From contig JBJBDC010000001.1 in assembly GCA_047285535.1 (NCBI GenBank), positions 2,208,136 through 2,272,135 of the forward strand: DNA of 64,000 bases. Reading direction: 5' to 3'. Source of the stretch: Synechococcus sp. (GTDB lineage: Bacteria; Cyanobacteriota; Cyanobacteriia; PCC-6307; Cyanobiaceae). Within the stretch, counting starts at the first letter, position 1. The number at the start of each line of letters is the position of its first letter. Position numbers and translations under genes: made by a program. The notes under the pieces are model-generated. The model worked only from the letters and a program-made list of their open reading frames with translations. It was not told the origin of the DNA and searched no databases. Of the stretch, positions 30,070 to 40,158 are shown in pieces.

Positions 30070-30708
30070 ATGTCCATGCAGTCCCGATCTCTCTCCCGTG
30101 AACTTGCTCTGCTAGTGCTCGGTCAGTGTCCTGAGCGTATGAGTGATTCTCATGATCTCTCACTAGACACGTTGCTTCAAAAAGCTCTTGACAGCCTGAT
30201 GCAGCACTGGACAGAAGTCTTGGATTGTTGTGCTGGAGATTTGGAAAAAGCTCAGCAGCATCTTCTTGATAGTGAGCTTCAAGATGGTTCCACCTCCGAT
30301 CATTCATCAGTACGCGAGTCTTTACAGGCGTCCTTGACGGTGGCTGAACAGGTTCTGAATGGCCTCTCGGCCAGTCTTGAGTTGCCTCGATTATTGGCTT
30401 TATCAAATCAAGATCAGGTCCGCCGAGAAGCCATGCAACGGGTGACTTTTGTTCTGAAAAAGCGCAAAACTATTGATCAGTTGCTTGATGGCGTGATGGA
30501 GGGCTGGCGCTTCACCCGATTACCACGCATCGATCGCGATATTTTGCGGTTGGCAGTGATTGATCTCTCTGAACTCAATACTCCCGCTGCCGTGGTCTGT
30601 AACGAAGCTGTTGAATTGGCTCATCGATTCAGTGATGAGCAAGGCAGAAAGATGATTAATGGTGTGCTGCGTCGTCTGCAGAACGCTCCTTCCCAGGTGT
30701 TGTCCTGA
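30070..30708 (+). CDS. nusB: Transcription antitermination factor NusB
   Basis: RSLSRELAL, RLPRIDRDILRLA, NEAVELA, INGVL. Confidence 0.92.
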   Translation: MSMQSRSLSRELALLVLGQCPERMSDSHDLSLDTLLQKALDSLMQHWTEVLDCCAGDLEKAQQHLLDSELQDGSTSDHSSVRESLQASLTVAEQVLNGLSASLELPRLLALSNQDQVRREAMQRVTFVLKKRKTIDQLLDGVMEGWRFTRLPRIDRDILRLAVIDLSELNTPAAVVCNEAVELAHRFSDEQGRKMINGVLRRLQNAPSQVLS

Positions 30709-30711
30709 ATC

Positions 30712-32412
30712 ATGATTTACGACTGGTTTAATCGAGGTTCTGTTCCACCTAAGGACTCAGCTGACCCTCCAGTTGAACAAGCCGTTCGACAAGATCAAGC
30801 GTCTCAGACAGAAACTTCTTTCACGCAACCAGTGGAGTCCCAGGAGCTTGAATCTTCGTCTTCCGAGTCGGACGATGATCCTCTTGAGTGGGCCCGTCAG
30901 GCTTACGCAAGGTTAAAGGCTGAAAAGGCCCAGGCTGCTTCTGCCGAGACACTCGCTGAACAGAAGAAAGGAGTCCCTTTACGAGGGGGGCAACAGTGTC
31001 TAGAGGACAAGGGTGAGCCAGTGCAATCTGAGCTTGCATCCTCTTCGGTTCCAGAAGCCTTTCCATCTGTTGCTCCTGATCAAGAAGAAGCTTCTGAAGC
31101 TTCTCTCCCTTCAACGCCAACGTCATCCACAGCAGCCCCGGTTGTTGAGCCATCGCCTGCCCAAGAATCGATGGCAGATCGAGTTGTTTCTCAACTTTCA
31201 GGTCCAGACCAGGCTTCAGCTGCTCCAACATCTCCTGATTCATCGCTGTCCTTTCTTGAACAGGCAGCGGCTCAGCGTGATCAGCGTCGACAGGAGCTTG
31301 AGCTTCCTGCTGATCCCGATCCCATTCATGTGGCTGCTTCTGTTGTCCAAGACAGAGTTGAAATCGATGAGGAAATCAATGAGGAAGAGCCCAAACTCGG
31401 TGAATTTGATGATTCATTCACGTGGTCGGCGGAAGTTCTGGCAGCCCAAGGACGGAGTGCAGATCAGGTCACCCTCGAGGAGATCGACTGGTTAGGACGA
31501 TTGCGCCAAGGTCTGGAGAAAACCCGAAAGGGTTTTGTTACCAGTCTGCTGGACAACTTGGGCGATGACCCTCTCACTCCTGAGGTTCTTGACGATCTCG
31601 AATCGCTTTTGTTGAGGGCTGATGCTGGTGTTCAGGCCACTGATCAAGTGCTGGATGCTTTGAGGCAACGGATGAACAAAGAGGTCGTGGATCCAAGTGA
31701 AGGTCTTCGTTTTCTCAAGGAACAGTTGCGTGATCTTCTGAATGAGCCCATACGGTCCAGTGGGGTTGAAGTTTTAGCTCCTCAAAGGGAGCGCCTAAAT
31801 GTTTGGCTCATGGTTGGTGTCAATGGCGTTGGTAAAACCACCACACTGGGCAAGATCGCCAATCTTGCGGTACGCAGTGGCTATTCAGCATTAATCGCAG
31901 CGGCAGATACCTTCCGTGCTGCGGCTGTTCAGCAAGTGCAAGTTTGGGGTGATCGAAGTGATGTTCCAGTTGTGGCCAATCCCTCCACGAATGCCGATCC
32001 GGCAGCGGTGGTTTTTGATGCCATTGGTGCAGCTCGCTCCAAGGGAACTGATTTGGTGCTTGTTGATACAGCTGGTCGACTTCAAACCAAGCACAACTTG
32101 ATGGAGGAGCTTGAAAAGATTCGTCGTGTGGTTGATCGTCTTGCTCCTGATGCCCATGTGGAATCCTTATTGGTGCTTGATGCCAGTCAGGGTCAAAATG
32201 GCTTGAAGCAGGCGATGGCATTTGCCCGCGCTGCTGGCCTGACTGGTGTTGTGATTACCAAGCTCGATGGAACTGCAAGAGGAGGTGTTGCTCTTGCTGT
32301 TGCTTCAGAAGCGAAGTTGCCAATTCGCTTCATTGGAGCGGGTGAGTCCATTCGTGATCTTCGTCCTTTCAATAGTTTTGAGTTTGTGGAGGCCCTGCTG
32401 GCAACGCGTTGA
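30712..32412 (+). CDS. ftsY: SRP receptor FtsY with long acidic N-terminal region
   Basis: GVNGVGKTTT, DTFRAAA, DTAGRL, TKLDGTARGG. Confidence 0.96.
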   Translation: MIYDWFNRGSVPPKDSADPPVEQAVRQDQASQTETSFTQPVESQELESSSSESDDDPLEWARQAYARLKAEKAQAASAETLAEQKKGVPLRGGQQCLEDKGEPVQSELASSSVPEAFPSVAPDQEEASEASLPSTPTSSTAAPVVEPSPAQESMADRVVSQLSGPDQASAAPTSPDSSLSFLEQAAAQRDQRRQELELPADPDPIHVAASVVQDRVEIDEEINEEEPKLGEFDDSFTWSAEVLAAQGRSADQVTLEEIDWLGRLRQGLEKTRKGFVTSLLDNLGDDPLTPEVLDDLESLLLRADAGVQATDQVLDALRQRMNKEVVDPSEGLRFLKEQLRDLLNEPIRSSGVEVLAPQRERLNVWLMVGVNGVGKTTTLGKIANLAVRSGYSALIAAADTFRAAAVQQVQVWGDRSDVPVVANPSTNADPAAVVFDAIGAARSKGTDLVLVDTAGRLQTKHNLMEELEKIRRVVDRLAPDAHVESLLVLDASQGQNGLKQAMAFARAAGLTGVVITKLDGTARGGVALAVASEAKLPIRFIGAGESIRDLRPFNSFEFVEALLATR

Positions 32413-32477
32413 TGCGTTGCATTACGGCTTGATCGGCTTGAACTTGCTACGTTGCGCCTTCTGCTGGGTGGTATGCC

Positions 32478-33887
32478 GTGAGCAGCACACCTTTTTGGAG
32501 ATATCCGGCACCTCCTCAACGGGGAGTCAGCCAATCGTCGACGGCCTCAGCTTCGTTAAGACAGCTTTTGGAAAGCCTGTCACGAGAACAGCGGTCCAAT
32601 CAGGAACTGTTGGTGTCTCTTGGTTTTGCGTTGCGAAGTTTCAGCAACCTCAACCGCTTTCTGGAATTGGTGCCAGTGGTGGCTGCTCGACTCGTTGGAG
32701 TGCAGGGTTCACTGCTGGTTCCGTTTCAGGCTGACGGACGCCTTTGGCGAGATCAGCTTCAGATGCTCCCTGGTTCACGTACAGATGGGTTGTTGCGGGC
32801 TCTTGCTGCTCATGAGCCTGGAAACACTGTTGGGTTTGGTTCTGACGAACGCCTTGTGCGGGCCATGGATCAGATGGTTCAACGGCACCTTGGAAGTGCA
32901 GGCCTGTTCTCTACCTCTTTGATTGCTCGAGGTCGTCCTAGGGGGCGCCTTTATGTATTCAATCCATCGAGTCCTCTCGCTTGGAGTGATATTCATCGCC
33001 GACACGTGCAGTTGGTTGCAGATCTCACTGGAGTCGCGATTGAGAATGATCTGATGCTTCAGGAGGCCCGTCGTCACGAACGGGTTGATCGTCAGCTCAG
33101 TATCGGAGCTGATATTCAGGCTCAGCTTTTGCCGGATCATTGTCCTGTGATTGAAGGTGTGGATCTTTCGGCTCGATGCAGGCCTGCTTTTCAAGTTGGA
33201 GGTGATTACTACGACTTCATTCCTACCCGTCCAGAACTGATCGGGCGCCGTAGGGAGCGTGGACGTTGGGCCTTTGTCATGGGCGATGTGATGGGTAAGG
33301 GTGTGCCTGCAGGACTATTGATGACGATGCTCCGCGGCATGCTGCGAGCAGAAGTTTTGAGTGGGCTTCCACCTGATCGCATCCTTTATGACCTCAACCA
33401 ATTAGCGCTTGAGGATTTGTCTCAGTCCCATCGGTTTGTGACGCTGTTTTATTCCGATTTCGATCCTCGGACCAGGCGCCTGCGTTATGCCAATGCCGCT
33501 CACAATCCACCTTTGATTTGGCGTGCTCAGTCAAGGAAATTGATGCGTTTGGATGCCCCTGGTCTCTTGATTGGCCTTCAGCCTGAAGCGGAATACGGCT
33601 GTGAATCGCTCGTTCTTGAGCCTGGTGATGTTCTTCTTTATTACACGGATGGAGTGACTGAAGCTCCTGGAATGACAGGTGATCGCTTTGATGAAGCACG
33701 GTTGATGCGTTCGCTGGAGCAATCCTGCCGATCTGGAACTGGCTCCCAAGGAATTCTTGATCAGTTGTTCAGTCGCCTTGATCGTTTTGTGGGGCCAGAT
33801 CGGCAGTTGGATGATGATGCCTCGATGGTTGTGCTCAAGATCAAGGAAGAGATCATGTTGCCTTCTGTTCCGAGGTCTTTGGCCTGA
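32478..33887 (+). CDS. GAF-like plus PP2C (SpoIIE/RsbU-type) protein phosphatase
   Basis: VGGDYYD, GDVMGKG, NAAHNPP, YTDGVTE, DDAS. Confidence 0.9.
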   Translation: MSSTPFWRYPAPPQRGVSQSSTASASLRQLLESLSREQRSNQELLVSLGFALRSFSNLNRFLELVPVVAARLVGVQGSLLVPFQADGRLWRDQLQMLPGSRTDGLLRALAAHEPGNTVGFGSDERLVRAMDQMVQRHLGSAGLFSTSLIARGRPRGRLYVFNPSSPLAWSDIHRRHVQLVADLTGVAIENDLMLQEARRHERVDRQLSIGADIQAQLLPDHCPVIEGVDLSARCRPAFQVGGDYYDFIPTRPELIGRRRERGRWAFVMGDVMGKGVPAGLLMTMLRGMLRAEVLSGLPPDRILYDLNQLALEDLSQSHRFVTLFYSDFDPRTRRLRYANAAHNPPLIWRAQSRKLMRLDAPGLLIGLQPEAEYGCESLVLEPGDVLLYYTDGVTEAPGMTGDRFDEARLMRSLEQSCRSGTGSQGILDQLFSRLDRFVGPDRQLDDDASMVVLKIKEEIMLPSVPRSLA

Positions 33888-33910
33888 CAAGCTGAGTAAA
33901 AGCGCAAAGG

Positions 33911-35338
33911 ATGAGTTCCATGCAAGGCGGGGTGACAGGTGGAGGCTCCGCAACCTGGAGTGACCGGTTTGACAAGGGATTACATCCGGTGATTGAGCGT
34001 TTCAATGCCTCGATTGCCTTTGATATCACGCTTCTTCAAGAAGATCTGGATGGATCAATCGCCCATGCCCGCATGCTGGCCGAGTGTGGTGTGATCCAGT
34101 TAGATGAGGCTGATCAACTTGTAGGTGGTCTTGAACAGATTCGCCAGGAAGCGGCATCAGGAGAATTTCAGCCGGGGCTGGCTGATGAAGACATTCATTT
34201 TGCTGTTGAACGCCGTTTAATCGCTTTGCTCGGACCGGTGGGCAAAAAATTGCACACCGGGCGGAGTCGTAATGACCAGGTTGGGACTGATTTGAGGCTT
34301 TGGCTAAGACGTCGTTTAGATGAGCTTGAACAAAATCTGCTGTTCTTTCAGCGCGCTTTGCTTCAGCAGGCCAGTCTTCATCGCAACACTCTGATTCCGG
34401 GTTACACACATTTGCAGCGGGCTCAGCCCCTCTGCCTCGCCCACCATCTTCTTGCCTATGTGGAGATGTTGGAGAGGGATCGGCAGAGGATGGCGGATGT
34501 TCGCAAACGGTTGAATTGCTCACCTTTGGGAGCCGCAGCTTTGGCTGGCACTCCGGTGCCGATTGATCGCAGAAGTACCGCCTTGGCCCTTGGATTTGAC
34601 AGCATCTATGCCAACAGCCTTGATGCGGTCAGTGATCGTGATTTCACAGTTGAATTTTCGGCCGCGGCCTCACTGGTGATGGTCCATCTCAGTCGTCTTG
34701 CCGAGGAGGTGATTTTTTGGGCTTCAGAGGAATGTGGCTTTGTACAGCTCACAGATCGTTGTGCGACTGGAAGCAGCCTGATGCCGCAAAAAAAGAATCC
34801 TGATGTCCCTGAATTGGTGCGTGGCAAATGCGGCCGCGTCTTCGGCCATTTGCAAGGTCTGTTGACAATGATTAAAGGCTTACCACTGGCTTACAACAAA
34901 GATTTTCAAGAAGATAAAGAGGCTCTGTTTGATGTGGTTTCCACCACCATGCAATGCCTTGAAGCGATGACGATTTTGATGCAGGAAGGCTTGAGTTTCA
35001 GGACAGAGCGCCTTGCAGCTGCTGTGGCTGCGGACTACTCCAATGCCACCGATGTGGCCGATTATCTTGTCGCCAAGAACGTTCCTTTTCGGGAGGCCTA
35101 TCAACTGGTAGGTGCTGTCGTGAAACATTGCCTCCAGGAAGGTGTGCTTCTTTGTGAACTGACTCTTGAAAGTTGGCAGCAGTTTCATCCCGCTTTTGAG
35201 GCTGATTTGTTCGAGTCACTGAAACCCCGAAATGTTGTGGCAGCTCGAACCAGCGAAGGAGGAACAGGATTCGATCGCGTCCAGGAACAGCTTGCAATTT
35301 GGAACAAACGACTTGGACTTGAGGATCAGATTTTGTAA
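33911..35338 (+). CDS. argH: Argininosuccinate lyase
   Basis: [30 protein letters not shown]. Confidence 0.97.
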   Translation: MSSMQGGVTGGGSATWSDRFDKGLHPVIERFNASIAFDITLLQEDLDGSIAHARMLAECGVIQLDEADQLVGGLEQIRQEAASGEFQPGLADEDIHFAVERRLIALLGPVGKKLHTGRSRNDQVGTDLRLWLRRRLDELEQNLLFFQRALLQQASLHRNTLIPGYTHLQRAQPLCLAHHLLAYVEMLERDRQRMADVRKRLNCSPLGAAALAGTPVPIDRRSTALALGFDSIYANSLDAVSDRDFTVEFSAAASLVMVHLSRLAEEVIFWASEECGFVQLTDRCATGSSLMPQKKNPDVPELVRGKCGRVFGHLQGLLTMIKGLPLAYNKDFQEDKEALFDVVSTTMQCLEAMTILMQEGLSFRTERLAAAVAADYSNATDVADYLVAKNVPFREAYQLVGAVVKHCLQEGVLLCELTLESWQQFHPAFEADLFESLKPRNVVAARTSEGGTGFDRVQEQLAIWNKRLGLEDQIL

Positions 35339-35465
35339 TGGGTGATCATTAGGCTGAGATCGGACTACTCTGATAAGGCCTGAGATTCAAAGATCCTTTA
35401 CTGGTCGATGAATCGATGGCCTTTTTGATCCCATTGGTCCCTCTCAACTTCGGTCCATCAGGAAA

Positions 35466-36068
35466 GTGAGCATTTTTGTTGGCAATCTGCCGTTCCGGGC
35501 AGAGCAGGAAGACATCATTGAGTTGTTTTCAACCTATGGAGAGGTCACGAATTGTGCCCTCCCTCTTGAGCGCGATACGGGTCGCAAACGCGGCTTTGCT
35601 TTCGTCGAAATGAGCGACGAAGCAGCTGAAGCATCCGCTATCGAAGCGCTTCAGGGTGCTGAGCTGATGGGGCGTCCATTGCGCATCAACAAGGCTGAGC
35701 CTCGTGGCAGTGCCCCTCGTCGTGGCGGCGGTGGCTACGGCGGTGGCTACGGCGGCGGTGGCCGTGGTGGTGATGGTGGCTACGGCGGCGGTGGCTACGG
35801 CGGCGGTGGCCGTGGTGGTGATGGTGGCTACGGCGGCGGTGGCTACGGCGGTGGCCGTGGTGGTGATGGTGGCTACGGCGGCGGTGGCTACGGCGGCGGT
35901 GGCCGTGGTGGTGATGGTGGAGAACGCCGCTCTGGAGCTAGTGGCTGGGAAGATCGCAGCTATGGGGGAGGAGCACCTCCATCTGGCGGCAGCTACGAAG
36001 ATGGTCGTACTCGTCGGCGTCGCGGCGGAGCCGACGACAACGGTGGTTACAGCGGTGCCGAGAGCTGA
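35466..36068 (+). CDS. RRM RNA-binding protein with glycine-rich C-terminus
   Basis: RNP2 IFVGNL, RNP1 RGFAFVEM, followed by RGG/YGG repeats. Confidence 0.93.
   Translation: MSIFVGNLPFRAEQEDIIELFSTYGEVTNCALPLERDTGRKRGFAFVEMSDEAAEASAIEALQGAELMGRPLRINKAEPRGSAPRRGGGGYGGGYGGGGRGGDGGYGGGGYGGGGRGGDGGYGGGGYGGGRGGDGGYGGGGYGGGGRGGDGGERRSGASGWEDRSYGGGAPPSGGSYEDGRTRRRRGGADDNGGYSGAES
35724..35920 (+). repeat. Coding tandem repeat, about 4 units of 45-48 bp (YGGGGYGGGGRGGDGG)
   Basis: CGTGGTGGTGATGGTGG recurs at 35763, 35811, 35856 and 35904. Confidence 0.93.
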
Positions 36069-36085
36069 CGCCTCTTTGAGTATGT

Positions 36086-37090
36086 TCAAAGCCCGGCATC
36101 TAGAAGCTGCTTAGTTGCGTTTTCGAGGACATCAACTCCAGCATTTGCTCTTTGAGCTTTGGTGGTTAGTTGATGTCTCCAATGCTTTGCTCCTGGTACA
36201 CCTTCCACAATCTGGACCAGGTGGCGACATATATCCCAAATTCGTCCTCCTCGTTGAAGATGACGTTCAGCGTGGGGAAGCAGTCCGATCAGCACATCTG
36301 AAGCAAGCAACTTCTGAGGAGCGTCGCCGAAGATCAATCTGTCGATGTTTTTCCAGCGCATGGGATGGGCATAGGCGGCGCGTCCGACCATGGCTCCATC
36401 ACAGTGCTTTAAGGCTTTAAGGCAATCATCAGGAGTTTCAAGACCACCATTCAATTCGATGGTGAGCTCAGGTCTGGATTCTTTTAAAGCGATGACCCGA
36501 TCATGCTGAAGGGCAGGAATTGTGCGGTTTTGTTTGGGGTCCAATCCCTCTAGCCATGCTTTTCGAGCATGCACTGAAAAACGCATGGCACCGGCGGCAG
36601 ACACCTGATCCACAAATCTTCTTAGTAGGTCATCACTGTCGAGATCATTAATCCCAACTCGATGTTTGACAGTGACTGAAAGGGATGATGCTCTAACCAT
36701 GGCTTCTACGCAGCGCGCGACGGTCTCAGGTTCTGCCATTAGGCAAGCCCCGAAATTTCCCGCTTGAACTCGAGGGCTAGGACAGCCCACATTGAGATTG
36801 ATTTCGTCGTAACCCCAATCTGCGGCCATCCGAGTTGCTTCAGCTAGCAATGCAGGATCGTCGCCCCCTACCTGCAGTGCTAGGGGATGTTCCTCTGGAT
36901 CGAAGTCCAGCAGGCGTTCACGGCGCGTGCTGTGATGCAGTGCCTGCGCTACCACCATCTCGCTGTAAAGCAGGCTTTTTTTGCTGATCTGGCGCATCAG
37001 CATGCGGAAATGCCGATCAGTGCAGTCCAGCATGGGTGCAACACTGAAGCGCCAGGCGGGTTCCCGATCAGGGTTCAGTGGGGAATCCAT
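36086..37090 (-). CDS. dusA: tRNA dihydrouridine synthase DusA
   Basis: FSVAPMLDCTDRH, INLNVGCPS, TVKHRVG, HARKAWL, NGG, MVGRAAY. Start uncertain (ORF extends to 37153). Confidence 0.92.
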   Translation of the reverse strand: MDSPLNPDREPAWRFSVAPMLDCTDRHFRMLMRQISKKSLLYSEMVVAQALHHSTRRERLLDFDPEEHPLALQVGGDDPALLAEATRMAADWGYDEINLNVGCPSPRVQAGNFGACLMAEPETVARCVEAMVRASSLSVTVKHRVGINDLDSDDLLRRFVDQVSAAGAMRFSVHARKAWLEGLDPKQNRTIPALQHDRVIALKESRPELTIELNGGLETPDDCLKALKHCDGAMVGRAAYAHPMRWKNIDRLIFGDAPQKLLASDVLIGLLPHAERHLQRGGRIWDICRHLVQIVEGVPGAKHWRHQLTTKAQRANAGVDVLENATKQLLDAGL

Positions 37091-37158
37091 TCCACCATGC
37101 TGCCTCGTCTCATGCCCGTATCGCTTTAGAACAAAGAGACTGTTTAAGGACACGTCAG

Positions 37159-37668
37159 ATGAGTGCTTCGATGCAGCCTTGGTTGTTGAGTCGACGTTTG
37201 ATGCTTATGGCCTTCATCGCCGGGATAATGCGTCTGTTGAAAGTCCCTCAGGTATTGGCCGCATCCAAAGCAGGAGAGGCATCATGGGATCTCAGCGACG
37301 CGGAATGGAAGAAGCGTTTGTCTCCTGAGGCTTATCAGGTTTTGAGGAAGGAAGGGACAGAACGACCGTTTACCAGTCGGTTCAACGACGAAAAGCGTGA
37401 TGGCACTTATCACTGCGCTGGTTGTGACCTGCCTTTGTTCGCTTCAGCCACCAAGTTCGACAGTGGCACCGGCTGGCCCAGTTTCTGGGATCCGCTTCCT
37501 GGTGGTGTTGAAACGAAAATAGATTTTAAATTAATTCTTCCGCGCACTGAATATCACTGCAGTCGTTGTGGGGGTCATCAGGGTCATGTGTTCAATGACG
37601 GTCCCCGACCGACGGGAAAACGCTACTGCAACAACGGGGTCGCCCTGCGTTTCAAACCCACGCCATGA
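37159..37668 (+). CDS. msrB: Peptide-methionine (R)-S-oxide reductase with Tat-like signal
   Basis: GTERPF, CAGC and CSRC zinc sites, SGTGWPSF, GHVFNDGP, RYCNN; N-terminal SRRLML. Start uncertain. Confidence 0.92.
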   Translation: MSASMQPWLLSRRLMLMAFIAGIMRLLKVPQVLAASKAGEASWDLSDAEWKKRLSPEAYQVLRKEGTERPFTSRFNDEKRDGTYHCAGCDLPLFASATKFDSGTGWPSFWDPLPGGVETKIDFKLILPRTEYHCSRCGGHQGHVFNDGPRPTGKRYCNNGVALRFKPTP

Positions 37669-38911
37669 TCTGATCGTTATTGGTGGTGGGCCTGCGGGAT
37701 TTATGGCGGCCATCACCGCCGCTGAGCGAGGGGTGAATGATGTTTTGATTTTGGAAGCCACCACTGAGGTGCTCACAAAAGTGCGCATTAGTGGTGGCGG
37801 ACGATGCAATGTCACCCATGCCTGTTGGGATCCGTTGGAGTTGGTGGGCCATTACCCAAGAGGATCTCGCGCATTGAGAGGTCCATTTAGTCGCTTTGCC
37901 TGTAGTGATTCGATCGCTTGGTTTGATGACCATGGTCTAACGCTGGTCGAAGAGTCTGATGGCCGTATGTTTCCTCAGCAGAATCGATCTGAAGCCGTAG
38001 TCAAGTGCCTGAAGCAGGCGGCTTTGGCTGCAGGTGTTGAAATTCGATGTTGCTCTGCTGTGCGAGATCTCAGCTGCTCCGATGGGGGGGAGTTTCAAAT
38101 CTCCGACCAACATGCTTCTCTCCATCGCGCTCGTCGGGTCTTGTTGGCCAGTGGTGGTCATCCCAGTGGTCGTCGTCTTGCTCAGCAGTTGGGCCACACC
38201 ATCGTGCCACCGGTGCCTTCGCTGTTCAGCCTGACCTTGCATGCTCCTGCCTTGAATCAATGCAGTGGTATTGCGATTGATGATGTGAGTTTGAAGTTGC
38301 AGGTTGGTGATCAACGCTTTCAAGAGATGGGCCGGGTGCTGATTACCCATCGAGGTGTAAGCGGTCCTGCCACATTGAGGCTCACGGCGTTTGCCGCTCG
38401 AGCCCTGCATGCGAATCGTTACAAGGGTGATTTGCTGGTTGATTGGAGCTGTGGCTTGGGACGCGAGCGCGTTCAGCAGAGGTTGCAAAAGGCCCGTCGT
38501 GAGAAGGCGCGTCGCACTGTGGTGGCCGCGAAGCCTTTTGAGCATTTGCCACGACGCCTTTGGCTTGCCTTCCTGATGCAGGCGGGAGTGCACGGTGAGC
38601 TGCGTTGGGCGGATCTTCCTGCCAAAGCGGAACGCAATTTAGTGGAGATACTCTGCGCTCATCGTTTGGCCATTCAGGGCCGCGGTCCTTTCGGCGAAGA
38701 GTTTGTGACCGCTGGTGGCGTTGATTTGGGTCAGGTGAACTTGGCCACCATGGAAAGTCGGTGCTGTCCTGGGTTGTATTTAGCGGGTGAGTTGCTCGAT
38801 GTGGATGGGGTCACAGGAGGCTTTAATTTCCAAGCCTGTTGGAGTGGCGGCTGGCTCGCTGGTGAGGCCATCGCGGCGGGGTCATTTATTGAATCTGATC
38901 GAACACCGTAA
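37595..38911 (+). CDS. HI0933/BaiN-family flavoprotein (NAD(P)/FAD oxidoreductase)
   Basis: IGGGPAG, SGGGRCNVT, GRMFP, VTAGGV, GELLDVDGVTGGFNFQ. Start ambiguous. Confidence 0.88.
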   Translation: MTVPDRRENATATTGSPCVSNPRHDLIVIGGGPAGFMAAITAAERGVNDVLILEATTEVLTKVRISGGGRCNVTHACWDPLELVGHYPRGSRALRGPFSRFACSDSIAWFDDHGLTLVEESDGRMFPQQNRSEAVVKCLKQAALAAGVEIRCCSAVRDLSCSDGGEFQISDQHASLHRARRVLLASGGHPSGRRLAQQLGHTIVPPVPSLFSLTLHAPALNQCSGIAIDDVSLKLQVGDQRFQEMGRVLITHRGVSGPATLRLTAFAARALHANRYKGDLLVDWSCGLGRERVQQRLQKARREKARRTVVAAKPFEHLPRRLWLAFLMQAGVHGELRWADLPAKAERNLVEILCAHRLAIQGRGPFGEEFVTAGGVDLGQVNLATMESRCCPGLYLAGELLDVDGVTGGFNFQACWSGGWLAGEAIAAGSFIESDRTP

Positions 38912-40142
38912 ACATCGGTAGATACATCGCCAGTAGGATTGAGCCCACAATTCCTCCCACAACAACAATCATTGCTGGCTCAAGCATGGAGGTTAGTGCT
39001 TTGACAGATGTGGAGACTTCGTCTTCATAGAAGTCGGCAACTTTGCTTAGCATTCGATCCATTTCGCCGGTTTCTTCTCCGATCGAGAGCATACTGAGAG
39101 CCATGCTTGGCAATACCTTTTGACGGGTGAGAGCTGTGCTGAGCAATACACCCTCTTGAACCTGGGCCCGGGATTCCAGAATTGCGTCAGAGATGATGGA
39201 ATTGCCTGCGGTTTCACTGGAGATTTCAAGAGACATCAGGATCGGAACGCCGGCGCGTGTAAGTGAGCTGAAGATGCGACAGAACTGAGCGGTGGCCGTT
39301 TTCATGATGAGATCGCCAAATAATGGCAGCTTAAGTATTAATTTGTCAAGTTTTCTTCGACCGTTGTATGTGTTGTAATAACGACTGATTATCCAGATAA
39401 TCCCCAATAGAAAGCCGGCGAAAACAAGTGAGGCTGAAGAACGAAGTAAACCACTTAAATCCACCATTAATTGAGTAAATAGGGGTAATTCAGCACCAAG
39501 ATCTTCGAAGATTCCGGCGAAGGTTGGAATCAAAAAGATCGTCATTCCTAGAAACACGAGAATGGCGATCACCAGTACAGCGATCGGATATCCCAAGGCA
39601 CCTTTGATCTGGTTCTGGAGTCTGGCGTTGTCTTCCAGAAGCTTTGCAAGTCGTTTCAGGGATTCATCTAGAACACCTCCGGCTTCGCCTGCTTCGACCA
39701 TCGCGATGGTGAGCTGGTCGAAGACTTTGGGCCACAGGCGCATGGCTGCTGCCATCGCCGTGCCTTGATTCACCTCTAGTCCCACTGCAGTGAGAGCCTT
39801 TTTGAACATCGGGAGTTTCTGCTGCGTGGCCATGAGGTCAAGGCTGCGTACGATCGGCACTCCTGCATCCACAAGCGCGGCCAATTTGCTTGCCCAAATG
39901 GCTTTTTCTTTGACTCCAGGTGGCTTTTGAAAGGCTTCTCCCAGATCCATCGACAACCAACTTCCTGACGAGCTTCCATCAACGTTTTTGGAATCGGATC
40001 TGGCTTGGTCTTGGCGAAGGTCATCCGCTTTAATTCCCCGCCTCCTCAACAGTCGTTTAGCTGACACAGCATCACTCGCCTTGATTGTCACAGTGCGCGG
40101 CTGCCCTGTGCTTGAGGTGTAGGTGGCGGTGAAAGAAACCAT
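38886..40142 (-). CDS. pilC: Type IV pilus platform protein PilC
   Basis: GspF family: AGEAGGVLD, ALGYP, GEETGEMD, EPAMIVVVG, MYLPMF. Confidence 0.93.
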   Translation of the reverse strand: MVSFTATYTSSTGQPRTVTIKASDAVSAKRLLRRRGIKADDLRQDQARSDSKNVDGSSSGSWLSMDLGEAFQKPPGVKEKAIWASKLAALVDAGVPIVRSLDLMATQQKLPMFKKALTAVGLEVNQGTAMAAAMRLWPKVFDQLTIAMVEAGEAGGVLDESLKRLAKLLEDNARLQNQIKGALGYPIAVLVIAILVFLGMTIFLIPTFAGIFEDLGAELPLFTQLMVDLSGLLRSSASLVFAGFLLGIIWIISRYYNTYNGRRKLDKLILKLPLFGDLIMKTATAQFCRIFSSLTRAGVPILMSLEISSETAGNSIISDAILESRAQVQEGVLLSTALTRQKVLPSMALSMLSIGEETGEMDRMLSKVADFYEDEVSTSVKALTSMLEPAMIVVVGGIVGSILLAMYLPMFTVFDQIQ

Positions 40143-40158
40143 GCCCTGAGCAACCGAT

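Noticed and set aside
30712..31440. Long acidic, Pro/Ser-rich N-terminus of FtsY
   Set aside because: This is the known variable acidic A-domain of FtsY and shows no DNA-level repeat.
35529..36114. Ala/Thr/Val-rich alternative-frame ORFs and a CRISPR-like appearance
   Set aside because: These are shadow frames of the glycine-codon repeat. There are no unique spacers and no cas genes.
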